Part shown: piece after piece, positions 8,008-18,165 of the stretch
Numbering within the stretch: position 1 is the first letter of the stretch
Layout: every line of letters starts with the position of its first letter
Source of the DNA: an uncultured delta proteobacterium
GTDB taxonomy: Bacteria; Myxococcota_A; Polyangia; Polyangiales; Polyangiaceae
Length of the DNA stretch: 64,000 bases
NCBI GenBank assembly: GCA_963841435.1
Contig: CAWJCS010000004.1
Span: 576,001-640,000 of the forward strand
Direction of reading: 5' to 3'
Made by a program: the position numbers and the translations under genes
The notes under the pieces: model-generated
What the model was told of the DNA's origin: nothing
Databases searched by the model: none
Seen by the model: only the letters and a program-made list of their open reading frames with translations

Positions 8008-10118
8008 GGGCGAGCCTTCAGCAGAAAATCCGCTTGCACGGCCGGGATGCGCGTGCCCGAGCGGGGCCCCTCGACGGAGCCGACGAGCGTGCCGAACGCG
8101 CCGATGGCGTCGCCGCTCGCGAGAGCGAGCTTGCCGCCGTAACTCACGCGCATGAGGCAGGGCGGAGCTTTGCAGCCGCTCTTCACGTCCATCACCATCA
8201 GGGTCGTGTAGTTGTCGGTGCGCGCCTCGACCACGGAGCCGTCGAGCGCGACGTTGAGCCCGCGCTGCCCTTCTGGGTCGGCAGCGATGGCGGCGTAGGA
8301 CGCCGTGGCGCGAGCTCGGACGAGCGCGGCCTCGGCGCTCAAGCTCTGCACGCGCCTGATGTGGATCATGACGAGGCGCGGGGCGAGATCCGGAGCGGTG
8401 GCGCGCACGGCGACCGTCGTCTCGCCGGCGGCGGACACGCTCATCATCTGCGCGAAGGCGCCGGCCTGATCGACGGTGATGGGGCGTCCCTCGACGGTGA
8501 CGTTCGCGTTCTTGGCGGTGTGCCCCGCGAGCACGAAGCCGGGACCCTCGATCACGATCGAGCTGCCGGGCGCTTGGACGACCAGGGGCACGATACCGAG
8601 ACGCACGACGACGTCGCCGTTGTGGGGCGTGCCGCCGGGAGGCGTCACGACGTAGGGGATACGCCGTTCCAGCGTCTTCACGGAAGCTTCGGAGCCCGTG
8701 ACGTCACGCGTGACGTCGACGACCGCCGCGGCGGTGCCGTCCGCGGAGAGCGGGACCGGATGGCCGTCGATCACGACGACGGAACCGGCGCGTGCGGTCA
8801 TGCGCGCTTCGACGACCGGCGGCGTCTCGTCGAGGCGCTTGGTGTCGCCCTGGATCCGGAAGTTGACCGGCACGGTCACGCTGACCTGCTCGGCGCGGCC
8901 AGAGCCGCGCTGCAGCTCGAGCTCGAGCTGGTTGTCCCCGACTGGCAAAGGACGCGCGAGCGTCAGCGCGGCCTTGCCCCCGCTGAAAGTGGTGCTCGCG
9001 CCCTGGAGCGTGACGCGCGTCCCGTCGGTGCAGCCGGGGCAGCCGAGCGCGAGCCTGTCACGCCCCTGGTCGTCCGCGACGAGCCGCGTCTCGATGGCGC
9101 CGCGCGCCCGATAGAAGAACACGGCGACGATGCCGGCGCTCGCGAGCATCGCCGCGCCGAGGATCACGAGCACGGTCACCCACGGCACGTGACGCCTACG
9201 CGGAACGCCCGGGATTTGTCCCGACAGCGGTTCGAATCCAGCGGGTGGCGGTGGCGGCGGCTCCTGCCACAGGGGAGGCGCCTCGGGTACAGCGGCGGGC
9301 TGCTGCTTCTCGACGCCTGGGTGGAGTGGGGCGATACCAGGGCGGGCAATCCCGAGGATTGTCTTTAGTGGTGCGGGACGGCCGCCGGGAGCGGGAGCGG
9401 GCGCATCGCCGGCGGGCGACGGGGCGCCCGCCGCACCGGCCTCCGGGGGCATCGGTGCCATCGGGGCGAGCCCGAGCATGGTGCCCTTGAACGTGTGGGG
9501 GCTAGCGGGCGGGACGGGCGGCGGGGACTGGGGTGGCGTCGCCGGTGGAGGGGGCGGATTCCCGGCGAAGGGCGAGGTCAGGCCGATGCCGACCATCGTT
9601 CCGCGAAAGTTCACCGCATGCCCCGGCGCCGGGCCGGGAGCTGGCGCCGCACCGGGGGCGGGGGCGGGGGCGCCGGTGGGGGGAGCATCTGAACGCGGCG
9701 GCGCCGACGGGCCGCCGGGCAGCGTGACGGTCTGCATGCCGGGTGGCTGTGTTGACGGTCCGCCAGGGAGTGCGACGGTCTGCCCACCGGGCGGTTGCGC
9801 CGAGCGTCCGCCGGGGAGCGTGACGGTCTGCATGCCGGGTGGCTGCGCCGACGGGCCGCCGGGCAGCGTGGTGGTCGGCACGCCGGGCGGCGTCGCTGAG
9901 GGCCCGCCTGGCAAAAGGACAGTCTGTCCGCCGGGCGAGGGGCCGAGCGGTGCGGTGACGCGTGAAGGTTGCGTGGGTCCACCCGCGCCCGGGCGGGCGA
10001 GCTGTCCCAGATGGCCGACGAGGGTCTGACCGAGCTGTGAAGCCAAGCTCGCACCGCACGCAGCGCAGCTCGAAGCCGCCTCCTGGCACGGCGTTCCACA
10101 CTGAGGGCACGGCCGCAT
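8004..10118 (-). CDS. Zinc-ribbon, Pro-rich repeat, single-pass membrane protein with extracellular beta-rich (Ig-like) domains
   Basis: MRPCPQCG...CAACG; long Pro/Gly region; TM (WVTVLVILGAAMLASAGIVAVFFY); stop overlaps the kinase start. Confidence 0.75.
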   Translation of the reverse strand: MRPCPQCGTPCQEAASSCAACGASLASQLGQTLVGHLGQLARPGAGGPTQPSRVTAPLGPSPGGQTVLLPGGPSATPPGVPTTTLPGGPSAQPPGMQTVTLPGGRSAQPPGGQTVALPGGPSTQPPGMQTVTLPGGPSAPPRSDAPPTGAPAPAPGAAPAPGPAPGHAVNFRGTMVGIGLTSPFAGNPPPPPATPPQSPPPVPPASPHTFKGTMLGLAPMAPMPPEAGAAGAPSPAGDAPAPAPGGRPAPLKTILGIARPGIAPLHPGVEKQQPAAVPEAPPLWQEPPPPPPAGFEPLSGQIPGVPRRRHVPWVTVLVILGAAMLASAGIVAVFFYRARGAIETRLVADDQGRDRLALGCPGCTDGTRVTLQGASTTFSGGKAALTLARPLPVGDNQLELELQRGSGRAEQVSVTVPVNFRIQGDTKRLDETPPVVEARMTARAGSVVVIDGHPVPLSADGTAAAVVDVTRDVTGSEASVKTLERRIPYVVTPPGGTPHNGDVVVRLGIVPLVVQAPGSSIVIEGPGFVLAGHTAKNANVTVEGRPITVDQAGAFAQMMSVSAAGETTVAVRATAPDLAPRLVMIHIRRVQSLSAEAALVRARATASYAAIAADPEGQRGLNVALDGSVVEARTDNYTTLMVMDVKSGCKAPPCLMRVSYGGKLALASGDAIGAFGTLVGSVEGPRSGTRIPAVQADFLLKARP
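9700..9935 (-). repeat. Coding tandem repeat, about 5 imperfect 48-bp units (PPGxQTVxLPGGPSAQ)
   Basis: Visible in the translation and in DNA (e.g. AGCGTGACGGTCTGCATGCCGGGTGGCTG occurs twice). Confidence 0.85.
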
Positions 10119-10192
10119 GGGGACGGGGGGGACTATAGCGCAAGGGGGCCGGCCGTCTCCGCAATCCTTGGCCCATCGGGTCACGCTGCCGT

Positions 10193-10974
<782 letters not shown>

Positions 10975-10978
<4 letters not shown>

Positions 10979-12279
10979 GCGTCTCGTTGAGCGAAATCCT
11001 CGCGGGAGCGGCCGCTCGCGCCGTGCCCCTGACGGGCGAGTGCGCGGGCTACCTCGTGCTCGCCGCTGCCGATCAGGTTGCCAGTTCCCCGCGCCGCGTC
11101 GAGCCCCGAGACGTGCGGCTTTCGGACGACGGCGCCGTCCGCATCAGCGGCGGCGCACCTGCCGACGACGGCACCGCCGAGCACGATCTGCGCGAGCTGC
11201 TCGATGGTTTACTGGCGTGGTCGAGCTCGGCGAGCTCGGGGCTCCTGCGCGCGCGCAGCCGGATCTCCGGTGCGGGTGTCGGTGCGCTGCTTCGCGAGCT
11301 CGAGACCGCGCTCATCCCCGTGAACCGATCCGCCGCGCGTCGCGCCCTCGCGCGCCTGGCTCGCGAGACCGAGCGCGCCAAGGACGCAGGGCGCTTTGAC
11401 GCCGCGGCTCCGGTGGCACCCGCGGGGGCTCGGCCTCCCGGCCCCGCAAAGCGCTCGGCGCCGTCGGAGCCGGCTGTGTCGGACGTCGCGCCGGACGTTA
11501 TGAGTCCCGAGCTCGTGGCGGTTGCGATGGCGCCCGTCGCCGCCGTCTCGCCGGCGGCGCCGCCCATCGAAGCCACCATCCCGCTTCCCACGCCGCGACC
11601 GCGAACGACCGCGAGCGAGCGCGAGACTCGCCCCGAGCCTGTGATCTCGCGCGCGAGCCAGCGGCCGCCTGCGCCGCCTGCGCCGGCCCCCCGCACCTCG
11701 ACGCCCGTGCTTGGCACGCGCGTCGGGACCAAGCACGAGGTTGACGAGGCGCTTGCCGTCGCCCGGGAGATCGATATCGACGTGAGCTTCGCGCCCGAGG
11801 AGCGGACGCTCGATCCCGACGACGCCGAGCTCATCGTGCTCGAAGGGGAGGACCTCGTGGCCGCGGAAGCGCACGACCTCACGGAGCGTTGCCCGCCGAT
11901 CGAGCCCGATTCGGCACGGCCGCCCGCCGTGGTGCTCGTGGCGTCGCCGCCGCCGCCCGCCACCGCGTCCGAAGCGGTGCCCGCCGGGGCCGAGCGTTCC
12001 GTGCCGCCAGAACCGGAGCATGAGGTTGCCGTTGTGACCGCCGCCGCCGACGAGCCCGACAGCAGTGTGCCGCCCTGGGTGAACACGGCTCCACCCGAGC
12101 CATCGCCGCGCCCTGCGACCTTCGTGCCCGTGCCTCGGCCGCGCGTGAGCAACGTCGAGGACCTGCTCGCCCGTCTCGAACGAGAGCCCGTCGAGCTGGA
12201 CGAGCTGCGCGCCGGGCTGAAGATAATCGCGGGGATGGATCCGACGCCCGCGCCCCCGGGCACCAGGCGCCCCGGCTGA
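10975..12279 (+). CDS. Hypothetical protein; N-terminal folded domain (possible degenerate kinase lobe) followed by Pro/Ala-rich low-complexity region
   Basis: ATGA overlap with hisF; GC3-rich reading frame. Confidence 0.65.
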
Positions 12280-12454
12280 CCCAGTCGCGCTTTGTGCGCC
12301 CGGCCGGCCGCCTCGCGCGCGCTCGCTCTTCCGCTGGGCCTGGAACTGATTGCCCCCGCTTTTTTGGCGGCGGTTTGGAGTTGGGCGTCCCGGCAAAATC
12401 CGACTAGGAAGTGGGCTCCGCGCTCGACCTCTTCGGGTCCAGCGGCTTCCTCCC

Positions 12455-13975
12455 ATGCCCGTCATCAAGGTCGGTGAACGCGCCGCACGAGAGGTCTACG
12501 CCACCCTCGCCGGCGCCACCACGGAGCTTTCGCCGATCATCGCGGCAACCCGAGAAGCCGTGGAACGAAGAGAGCCCGTCACGTGGCAACTGCCCGCGAC
12601 GACCGCGACGATTCACAGGCTCGAGGGTGCGTTTCGCCTCGCCACCGAGCTTGGCGCAAGCGTCGAGCTTTACCCGGTCGCTCCTTTGCCTGCACGGGAA
12701 CAAGCGTTCCTGGAGGACTTTGCGACCCACCTGCTCGCGGATTCTCCGGACGCGCCGAGCCCATTCGCTCAGCGCGCCCGCCTTGCAGGCGAGGTCGGCG
12801 AAGAGCTCCTGTATTCCGTCCTGGCCGCCGCGAGCCTGGCGAGGAGCGCTCCCCTGCCGGTCCCCGACAGCATCGAGGAAGTCGTCATCATCGGTGCGTA
12901 CGGGGGCGACCACGTGGGTGACGCCGCCATTCTCGGCGGCGTGCTGCTCGGTTTGCACGAAAAATACGGGGTGAAGGCCGCGCGCATCCTGAGCCACCGG
13001 CCCGAGCACACGCGAAGGCTCGCGGCGGGCCTTCGCACGCCGGTGGCGGTTCGCGTGTTCCACTACGACGTTCCGCGCGGCCGGGCTCAAATGGCCGAGG
13101 CCGACGCGCTCGTCGTCGCTGGCGGCCCGATGATGGACCTACCGAGGGTGCTCGCCAAGCACCTCGTCGTCGCGGCAGCCGCGCGCGCGGCGCACAAGCC
13201 TCTGCTCGTGGAGCGCGTCGGCATCGGTCCCTTCAAGCGCGAGCTCAGCCGGCGCGCAGCGCGGCTCCTGTTGCGGCAAGCGAGCCACGTCTCGACGCGC
13301 ACCAGCAAGGCCGCCGAGGATCCGATTCTGGCGGGCGTGAACGTCTCCGTATCGCGTGATCCGGCGTTCGACTACCTCGCCACCAGGACCCAGCTGGACT
13401 TGGTGACGCCCGCAGAGAAGGCCTCCGTCGACGAGCTGCTCGAGGGTGTCGGAGAACGAACCCTCATCGGGATCAACCTGCGACCGATCCGCCATGAATG
13501 GAGCGTCAAGGGCGAGTCTTATTCGGAGGATGCCGAAGGGCGGCTGATCCAGAGCCTGGCCGTCGCGATGCGCCGGCTTGCGAGCGAGCGCCAGGTGACG
13601 TTCGTTTTCTTCCCGATGAACCCGATCCAGTTCGGTCGGTCCGATCTGGAGTCGGCCTACCGCTTGCGCGGCGCCGTCGGTCCCGAGGTTGACTTTAGGG
13701 TGTGGGAAGCCGATCCCGACGTGGACGGGGTGCTTTACATGCTGCGACGGCTGAAGCTCGCGATCGCCATGCGCTTTCACGCCTGCATCTTCTCACTCTC
13801 GCAGGACCTCCCAGTCGTGGGCGTCGACTACTACCCGGGTCAGGGCGGCAAGGTGGAGCAGCTGTTCAACGACCTCGGTCGTGCCGACGACGTGCGCGTG
13901 ATGGATCAGGTGGACAGCGACTGGCTAGTGAGCCGTATCACGGCGCTGCTCGACAGGGGAAACCGCGCCGGTTGA
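12455..13975 (+). CDS. Polysaccharide pyruvyl transferase family protein with N-terminal extension
   Basis: GAYGGDHVGDAAIL, GGGP-like AGGP, VGIGP, DPAF, AMRFHA..., DY..KV motifs of the CsaB/WcaK family. Confidence 0.88.
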   Translation: MPVIKVGERAAREVYATLAGATTELSPIIAATREAVERREPVTWQLPATTATIHRLEGAFRLATELGASVELYPVAPLPAREQAFLEDFATHLLADSPDAPSPFAQRARLAGEVGEELLYSVLAAASLARSAPLPVPDSIEEVVIIGAYGGDHVGDAAILGGVLLGLHEKYGVKAARILSHRPEHTRRLAAGLRTPVAVRVFHYDVPRGRAQMAEADALVVAGGPMMDLPRVLAKHLVVAAAARAAHKPLLVERVGIGPFKRELSRRAARLLLRQASHVSTRTSKAAEDPILAGVNVSVSRDPAFDYLATRTQLDLVTPAEKASVDELLEGVGERTLIGINLRPIRHEWSVKGESYSEDAEGRLIQSLAVAMRRLASERQVTFVFFPMNPIQFGRSDLESAYRLRGAVGPEVDFRVWEADPDVDGVLYMLRRLKLAIAMRFHACIFSLSQDLPVVGVDYYPGQGGKVEQLFNDLGRADDVRVMDQVDSDWLVSRITALLDRGNRAG

Positions 13976-15479
13976 CCCGCTTCGAGCTGCGCAAGCTGAA
14001 GCTCGTGTGGGACTTTGCCGTCCTGTCGAGCGGCCAGGTCGCGGTCAAGGCACTCGCTTTTTTCGCCTTTGCATTCATGGCGCGCGCGCTGGGCGCCGTG
14101 TCCTACGGCAGGGTCGAGTACGTCATGGCCCTCTCGTCCTTCTTCACCATGCTGGTGGACGGAGGGCTCGGCCCCGTTGGGGTTCGCGCGCTCATGCGCG
14201 ACCCATCCGCTACGCGAACGGTCACCGCAAACGTCGCCGTCGCGCGCATCGGTCTTGCGCTGCTTGCCGTGCCGTTGATGGTGATCGTCGCGCGGCTGTC
14301 GGCACCCGCTGCCCACACGCAGATGCTAGTTTGGCTCTTCGCCCTGGCGCTAGCCGCGCTCCCGTGGCGCCTCGACTGGCTGCTTCAGGCGCGCGAGCGG
14401 ATGGCCCTGGCGTCCATGGCGCAGCTCCTTCGCATGGTCGTCTTCCTCGTGCCGGTGCTCGTGCTCGTGAGGCGCCCCGAAGACATCACCCTGGTCGGCT
14501 GGGCAGAGCTCGCTGCGGCGACCGTGACCGCCCTCTACTACGCCGGGGTGCAGAATTTTTGATCACGCCGATCAGCTTGCGCTTCTCTGCCAGCGGCCTC
14601 GCCGCGCTTCTACGCGAGGGGTTGCCCGTGAGTGGAGCGCAATTGGTCGCCGCGCTGAACCTCTACGCGCCGACCTTCCTGGTCGGCACCCTCGTCGGTG
14701 GGTCGGAAACAGCGTGGTTCGGTGCCTCGCATCGCGTCGTGATCTCGCTTTCGATCTTCGGCGTCATCTACCACTTCAATCTCTACCCGACCCTCACGCG
14801 GCAGCTTGCTGGCGGCGCCCGTCGCGATCTCGAAGCCGTCGTGCGCGCTTCGTACCGAACGGTGGCTTGGGTGAGCATCGGGGGAGCGCTGTTCCTGATG
14901 CTGTTCGCGAAGGTGCTGCTCTCCCTCGCGTTCGGCAACCGATTCGTGGCCGCCGCACCGACTTTCGAGATCTTGGTCTGGTTTCTACCCATCAGCCTGC
15001 TCTCGGGACACGCTCGCTGGTTGCTGGTCGCCGGAGGGCGCCAGGTCTTCGTGCTGCTCGGCCAGCTCACCGGTGCCGTCACCACCGTGCTGCTCGGTGT
15101 TCCACTCATCCAGCGCTACGGGGCGCCGGGTGCAGCGGCGACCATGCTGGGCGCGGCGGTGGCACTCTGGATCGCGACGCATCTTTTCGCCGTTCGAGCG
15201 ATCGGGCCCGTGCCCGGTGTGCGACCCATGGTCGTGCCGGCCGCCCTGGCCGCGCTGATCTGCGTTGCGGTTCAGCGACTGGGGCTAGGTCCGTGGGTCG
15301 GCGCTCCCGCTGGCGCGGCCGTCTTCCTCGGGCTCGCGGTCCTGCTCGATCGTCGCTTGCTACCGGATCTACGCCTGCTCGCGCAGGTCAAATCCGACGT
15401 CGCGCAGTCGTCCAGCCCCGTGCCCGATGACACGAAAGACTTGGCGAAGGCGGAGGGTGTGCCGCCTTCGGCGTCCTGA
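13972..15479 (+). CDS. wzx: Wzx-type oligosaccharide flippase (MOP superfamily); frameshifted at the T5 run 14556-14560 as assembled
   Basis: Multi-TM with ARALG..YG, DGGL, DWLLQARERM; second half (ASHRVV, YPTL, FGNRFVAAAPTFEIL) is in another frame; one extra T gives QNFLITP in a single ORF. Confidence 0.82.
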
Positions 15480-15508
15480 CGGAAGTCGCGGCGGCGACGC
15501 CACGCTGG

Positions 15509-16348
15509 TCATGCGCCGGGCTCCAGCGCGCCTGCCACGGCGAGCCGCCGGCGTGCCCTGCGGGTCAGCACCAGGAGCAACACCGACGCAAGAGCGGCAA
15601 GAAGCAACGAAGCCCGGAGCCACGGCGAGCGCTGCGGGCCGGGCGCGGCCCGAGGCGGCTCCGCACCTTCGCCGCCGAACGAGCTCGGGGCGGGCGAAAC
15701 GGCCGCGGGCGTCGTTCCCCCTTCGCCGAACGAGAACTGCCCGAGTGCCAGGTCATCGCCGAAGGGATCGGTGAGAGTGGTGGTGGCGGTCGAGTTGGCG
15801 CCGTTCCCGTCGACGACCGCAACGTAGAGCCCGACGTGGCCGGTGCTGGCGGCAGGTGCGGTCCAATCGAAGGACCATTCGATCTCGTTGGGGGTGCGGC
15901 CAGCGGACGCCAGGATTGCGGTTCCGCGCGCGTAATACTCGCTGGCGGCGTAGCCCGAGAACGAACCCGCAGCGCGACGCCCTGGATCGAGGGCCGTAAG
16001 AACGATGGAGTTGTAGTTCGAGAGCGGCGACGCGAGGCCTCGCGACTCGTTGAGCAGCTTGAACGTCAGCCGGTACGACTGCCCGGGAAGGTAGCGCCGC
16101 TCGGCCATCAGCTCGGGTGGATCGGATGCCACGCTGACGCGCGCCAGGAGCGGGGCTTCGATGTGGCAGGCAGCGCACGTCCAACCGTGCTCGCGTGGCG
16201 AGCCCGTGTAGAAAAGTCCTCCGCCTCCGCCCCCGCCGGGCTGCGTGTCGAACAGGTTGCCCGCATGGAACGCCAGCGCAGGGCCCGCCACGAGCAGGAC
16301 CGTTGCCGCAGCGGCGGCGGCTACAAGTCGCTTCCCGGCTCCACGCAT
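15509..16348 (-). CDS. Secreted Reeler-like protein with CxxCH heme-attachment motif and C-terminal TM + Arg-rich anchor (module gene B2)
   Basis: RBS GGAGG, signal peptide ..PALA/F, CAACH, WSFDWTAP, VDGNG, GDD; hydrophobic tail then RRARRR. Confidence 0.78.
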   Translation of the reverse strand: MRGAGKRLVAAAAAATVLLVAGPALAFHAGNLFDTQPGGGGGGGLFYTGSPREHGWTCAACHIEAPLLARVSVASDPPELMAERRYLPGQSYRLTFKLLNESRGLASPLSNYNSIVLTALDPGRRAAGSFSGYAASEYYARGTAILASAGRTPNEIEWSFDWTAPAASTGHVGLYVAVVDGNGANSTATTTLTDPFGDDLALGQFSFGEGGTTPAAVSPAPSSFGGEGAEPPRAAPGPQRSPWLRASLLLAALASVLLLVLTRRARRRLAVAGALEPGA

Positions 16349-16815
16349 GTCGGATCCTCCGTCTGCCCACTGGCCCATGCCACGAGTGTCTTGTAGTCGG
16401 CGTCGCTCGGCGAAGTGAAGACGTCCCCCTTGCCGAATTTGGTGGCGCCGCCGTGGTAGTAGCCACCGGCGACCTGATCGAGCGGCTTCATGAGGAGGAA
16501 GCTGGTGCCGGGATCACGCGCATCGAGGAAGGCACGCGCCGAAGCGAAGTTGAACGCTCGTTCTTCGTCGCGCAAAAAGGCGTTGCGGGTTGCTTCAGTT
16601 CCTCCGAGCCTGAGGCGGTTGCGGGCGTAGACACGGAAGTACCGCTGCGGATCACCGTGGCAGAGAAGCGCCGAACAGCTCTTGGTGAGCACGGGTTGGA
16701 CCCGGCAACGAAAGTAGGCCTCGTCGGCGCGTGCTTCGGTCCCCGTGCCCCCCAGGTCTGCGACGCAGCCCGCCACGAGGGCGACAACCATCAAGTGCGG
16801 CAACGGGCGTCTCAC
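16321..16815 (-). CDS. Lipoprotein, putative monoheme c-type cytochrome with CX4CH motif (module gene A2)
   Basis: Lipobox VAGC; F..RVQPVL..SCSALLCHG; LLMKPL....HGG; terminal LVAW helix. Confidence 0.75.
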   Translation of the reverse strand: MRRPLPHLMVVALVAGCVADLGGTGTEARADEAYFRCRVQPVLTKSCSALLCHGDPQRYFRVYARNRLRLGGTEATRNAFLRDEERAFNFASARAFLDARDPGTSFLLMKPLDQVAGGYYHGGATKFGKGDVFTSPSDADYKTLVAWASGQTEDPTCVEPGSDL

Positions 16816-17939
16816 AGGGAGCCTCCCAAGCCCAGCTCTGCCGTGAAGCCGCGTCGCTCCGGCAGTCGGGAAAAATCTTGGAACATGAACCAGAAGCCCG
16901 TGAGCTTGAGCTCGGCGGCGAGCTCGGAGAAAAAACCGACGGGCTGTGAGCGGTAGGTGAGGCGTAGACCCGCGAAGGCATCCCAGAAAGTCGAGAGCTC
17001 TCGATCGGCCGTCATGTAGTGCTTTCGAGCAGCATATCCGTCTTCGTAGAAGCGCGCTCCCGCTTGGTAGTAGCCGCGTACGAACAACGCAGGCTCGAAG
17101 CCGCCCAGGCCGAGCGCGTATTCGGTGCCAATCGTTCCGGCAACTACCCCCCAGTTGTCAACATAAGCGCGCGCGTGCGAGCGCAGCGCGCTGTCCTGGA
17201 AGAGGTGCCGATTGTAGGCGAGGACGAGCGCGTGCCGAAGGCGATGCGTCGGAACGACCTCCGGTGCGGACACGGTCCCCCCCGCGTTCGCCTCGTGGTA
17301 CCGCACGAAGCGATAAGGGCTTGCCTGGTAGCCGGATAGGTACGTCAACGCGTAGGTCAGTGACCAGATGTCGTTCCGGCTCGCCACCGCGACGAGGCTC
17401 GCGTTGCCGCCGTAATCTTGCTGCCTCTCGGAGAAGTTCGCGTCATGGGCGCGGCCGATGTCGTTTAGCGTGAGGTTGAGACCGAGGCCAAGGGTCAGGT
17501 TGTGGTCCAAGAGGTCGACGCTCCCCGCGAGGGCGAACGTGTGGGACCACCAGTCGTTCTCGGCCGAGCGCCGGTATGAAGCCGATACGGTGTGAATTCC
17601 GTCGCTGTAGCTCGGCGTGACGCCGGCCTCTTTGCGCACCTCGTTCCATCGCCCCGTGGCAGCGGACACGACATCAACCGAGGCGGAGGAAACGATGTCG
17701 AGCAGGAAATGCGCGCGCAGCCGGGCGCGCTCGAAGGCCCCGGCGTCGATGGCAGCGACGGTCGTCACCACCCGCGTCGCGTCGTCGTCTTGGTACACTC
17801 CGCCGCGCGCCGTGACCTCGAGCGGCGGCCCCTCGGCCCTGGCGTGCGGCAACGTCAGCAGCGCGCCGACCACCACCCCGAGGGCGATGGCTCGGATCAG
17901 GCCCGTGCGAGGCCGGCTTGCGACGCGCGATCCCGCCAA
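16812..17939 (-). CDS. DUF3570 family outer-membrane beta-barrel protein
   Basis: Signal peptide, DIVSSASVDVVSAAT, SxEND, GYQASPYR, DxWG, TADRELS motifs; directly follows DUF4266. Start may be TTG 17939 or an overlapping CTG at 17960. Confidence 0.8.
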   Translation of the reverse strand: MAGSRVASRPRTGLIRAIALGVVVGALLTLPHARAEGPPLEVTARGGVYQDDDATRVVTTVAAIDAGAFERARLRAHFLLDIVSSASVDVVSAATGRWNEVRKEAGVTPSYSDGIHTVSASYRRSAENDWWSHTFALAGSVDLLDHNLTLGLGLNLTLNDIGRAHDANFSERQQDYGGNASLVAVASRNDIWSLTYALTYLSGYQASPYRFVRYHEANAGGTVSAPEVVPTHRLRHALVLAYNRHLFQDSALRSHARAYVDNWGVVAGTIGTEYALGLGGFEPALFVRGYYQAGARFYEDGYAARKHYMTADRELSTFWDAFAGLRLTYRSQPVGFFSELAAELKLTGFWFMFQDFSRLPERRGFTAELGLGGSL

Positions 17940-17950
17940 GCTGGGTGGCC

Positions 17951-18163
17951 TCAGTTGCAGCCGCAGCCGCCGCCCAACGTGCCGTAGCCGCCCGACGCGC
18001 CCTCGCGATACTCGTAGACGTGCTGCTCGAGCGCCGTGGCTTCTGGGTCCTGGCCGAGCTGCATCTTGGGCTTGGCGAGGTGACCGCGCTGGTAGGGTTG
18101 GACGTGCGCGCAGCTCGCGCAAGAAAATGCAATCAAGCAGGCGAGCCAAGGGAGCTGGTGCAC
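17951..18163 (-). CDS. DUF4266 family small lipoprotein
   Basis: GTG start, lipobox CASC, VQPYQRGHLA, REGASGG and diagnostic C-terminal GGGCGCN. Confidence 0.85.
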   Translation of the reverse strand: MHQLPWLACLIAFSCASCAHVQPYQRGHLAKPKMQLGQDPEATALEQHVYEYREGASGGYGTLGGGCGCN

Positions 18164-18165
18164 GC

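Noticed and set aside
9700-9935. 48-bp periodic repeats as CRISPR or ncRNA array
   Set aside because: Imperfect, multiple of 3, encode a Pro-rich peptide repeat, no unique spacers.
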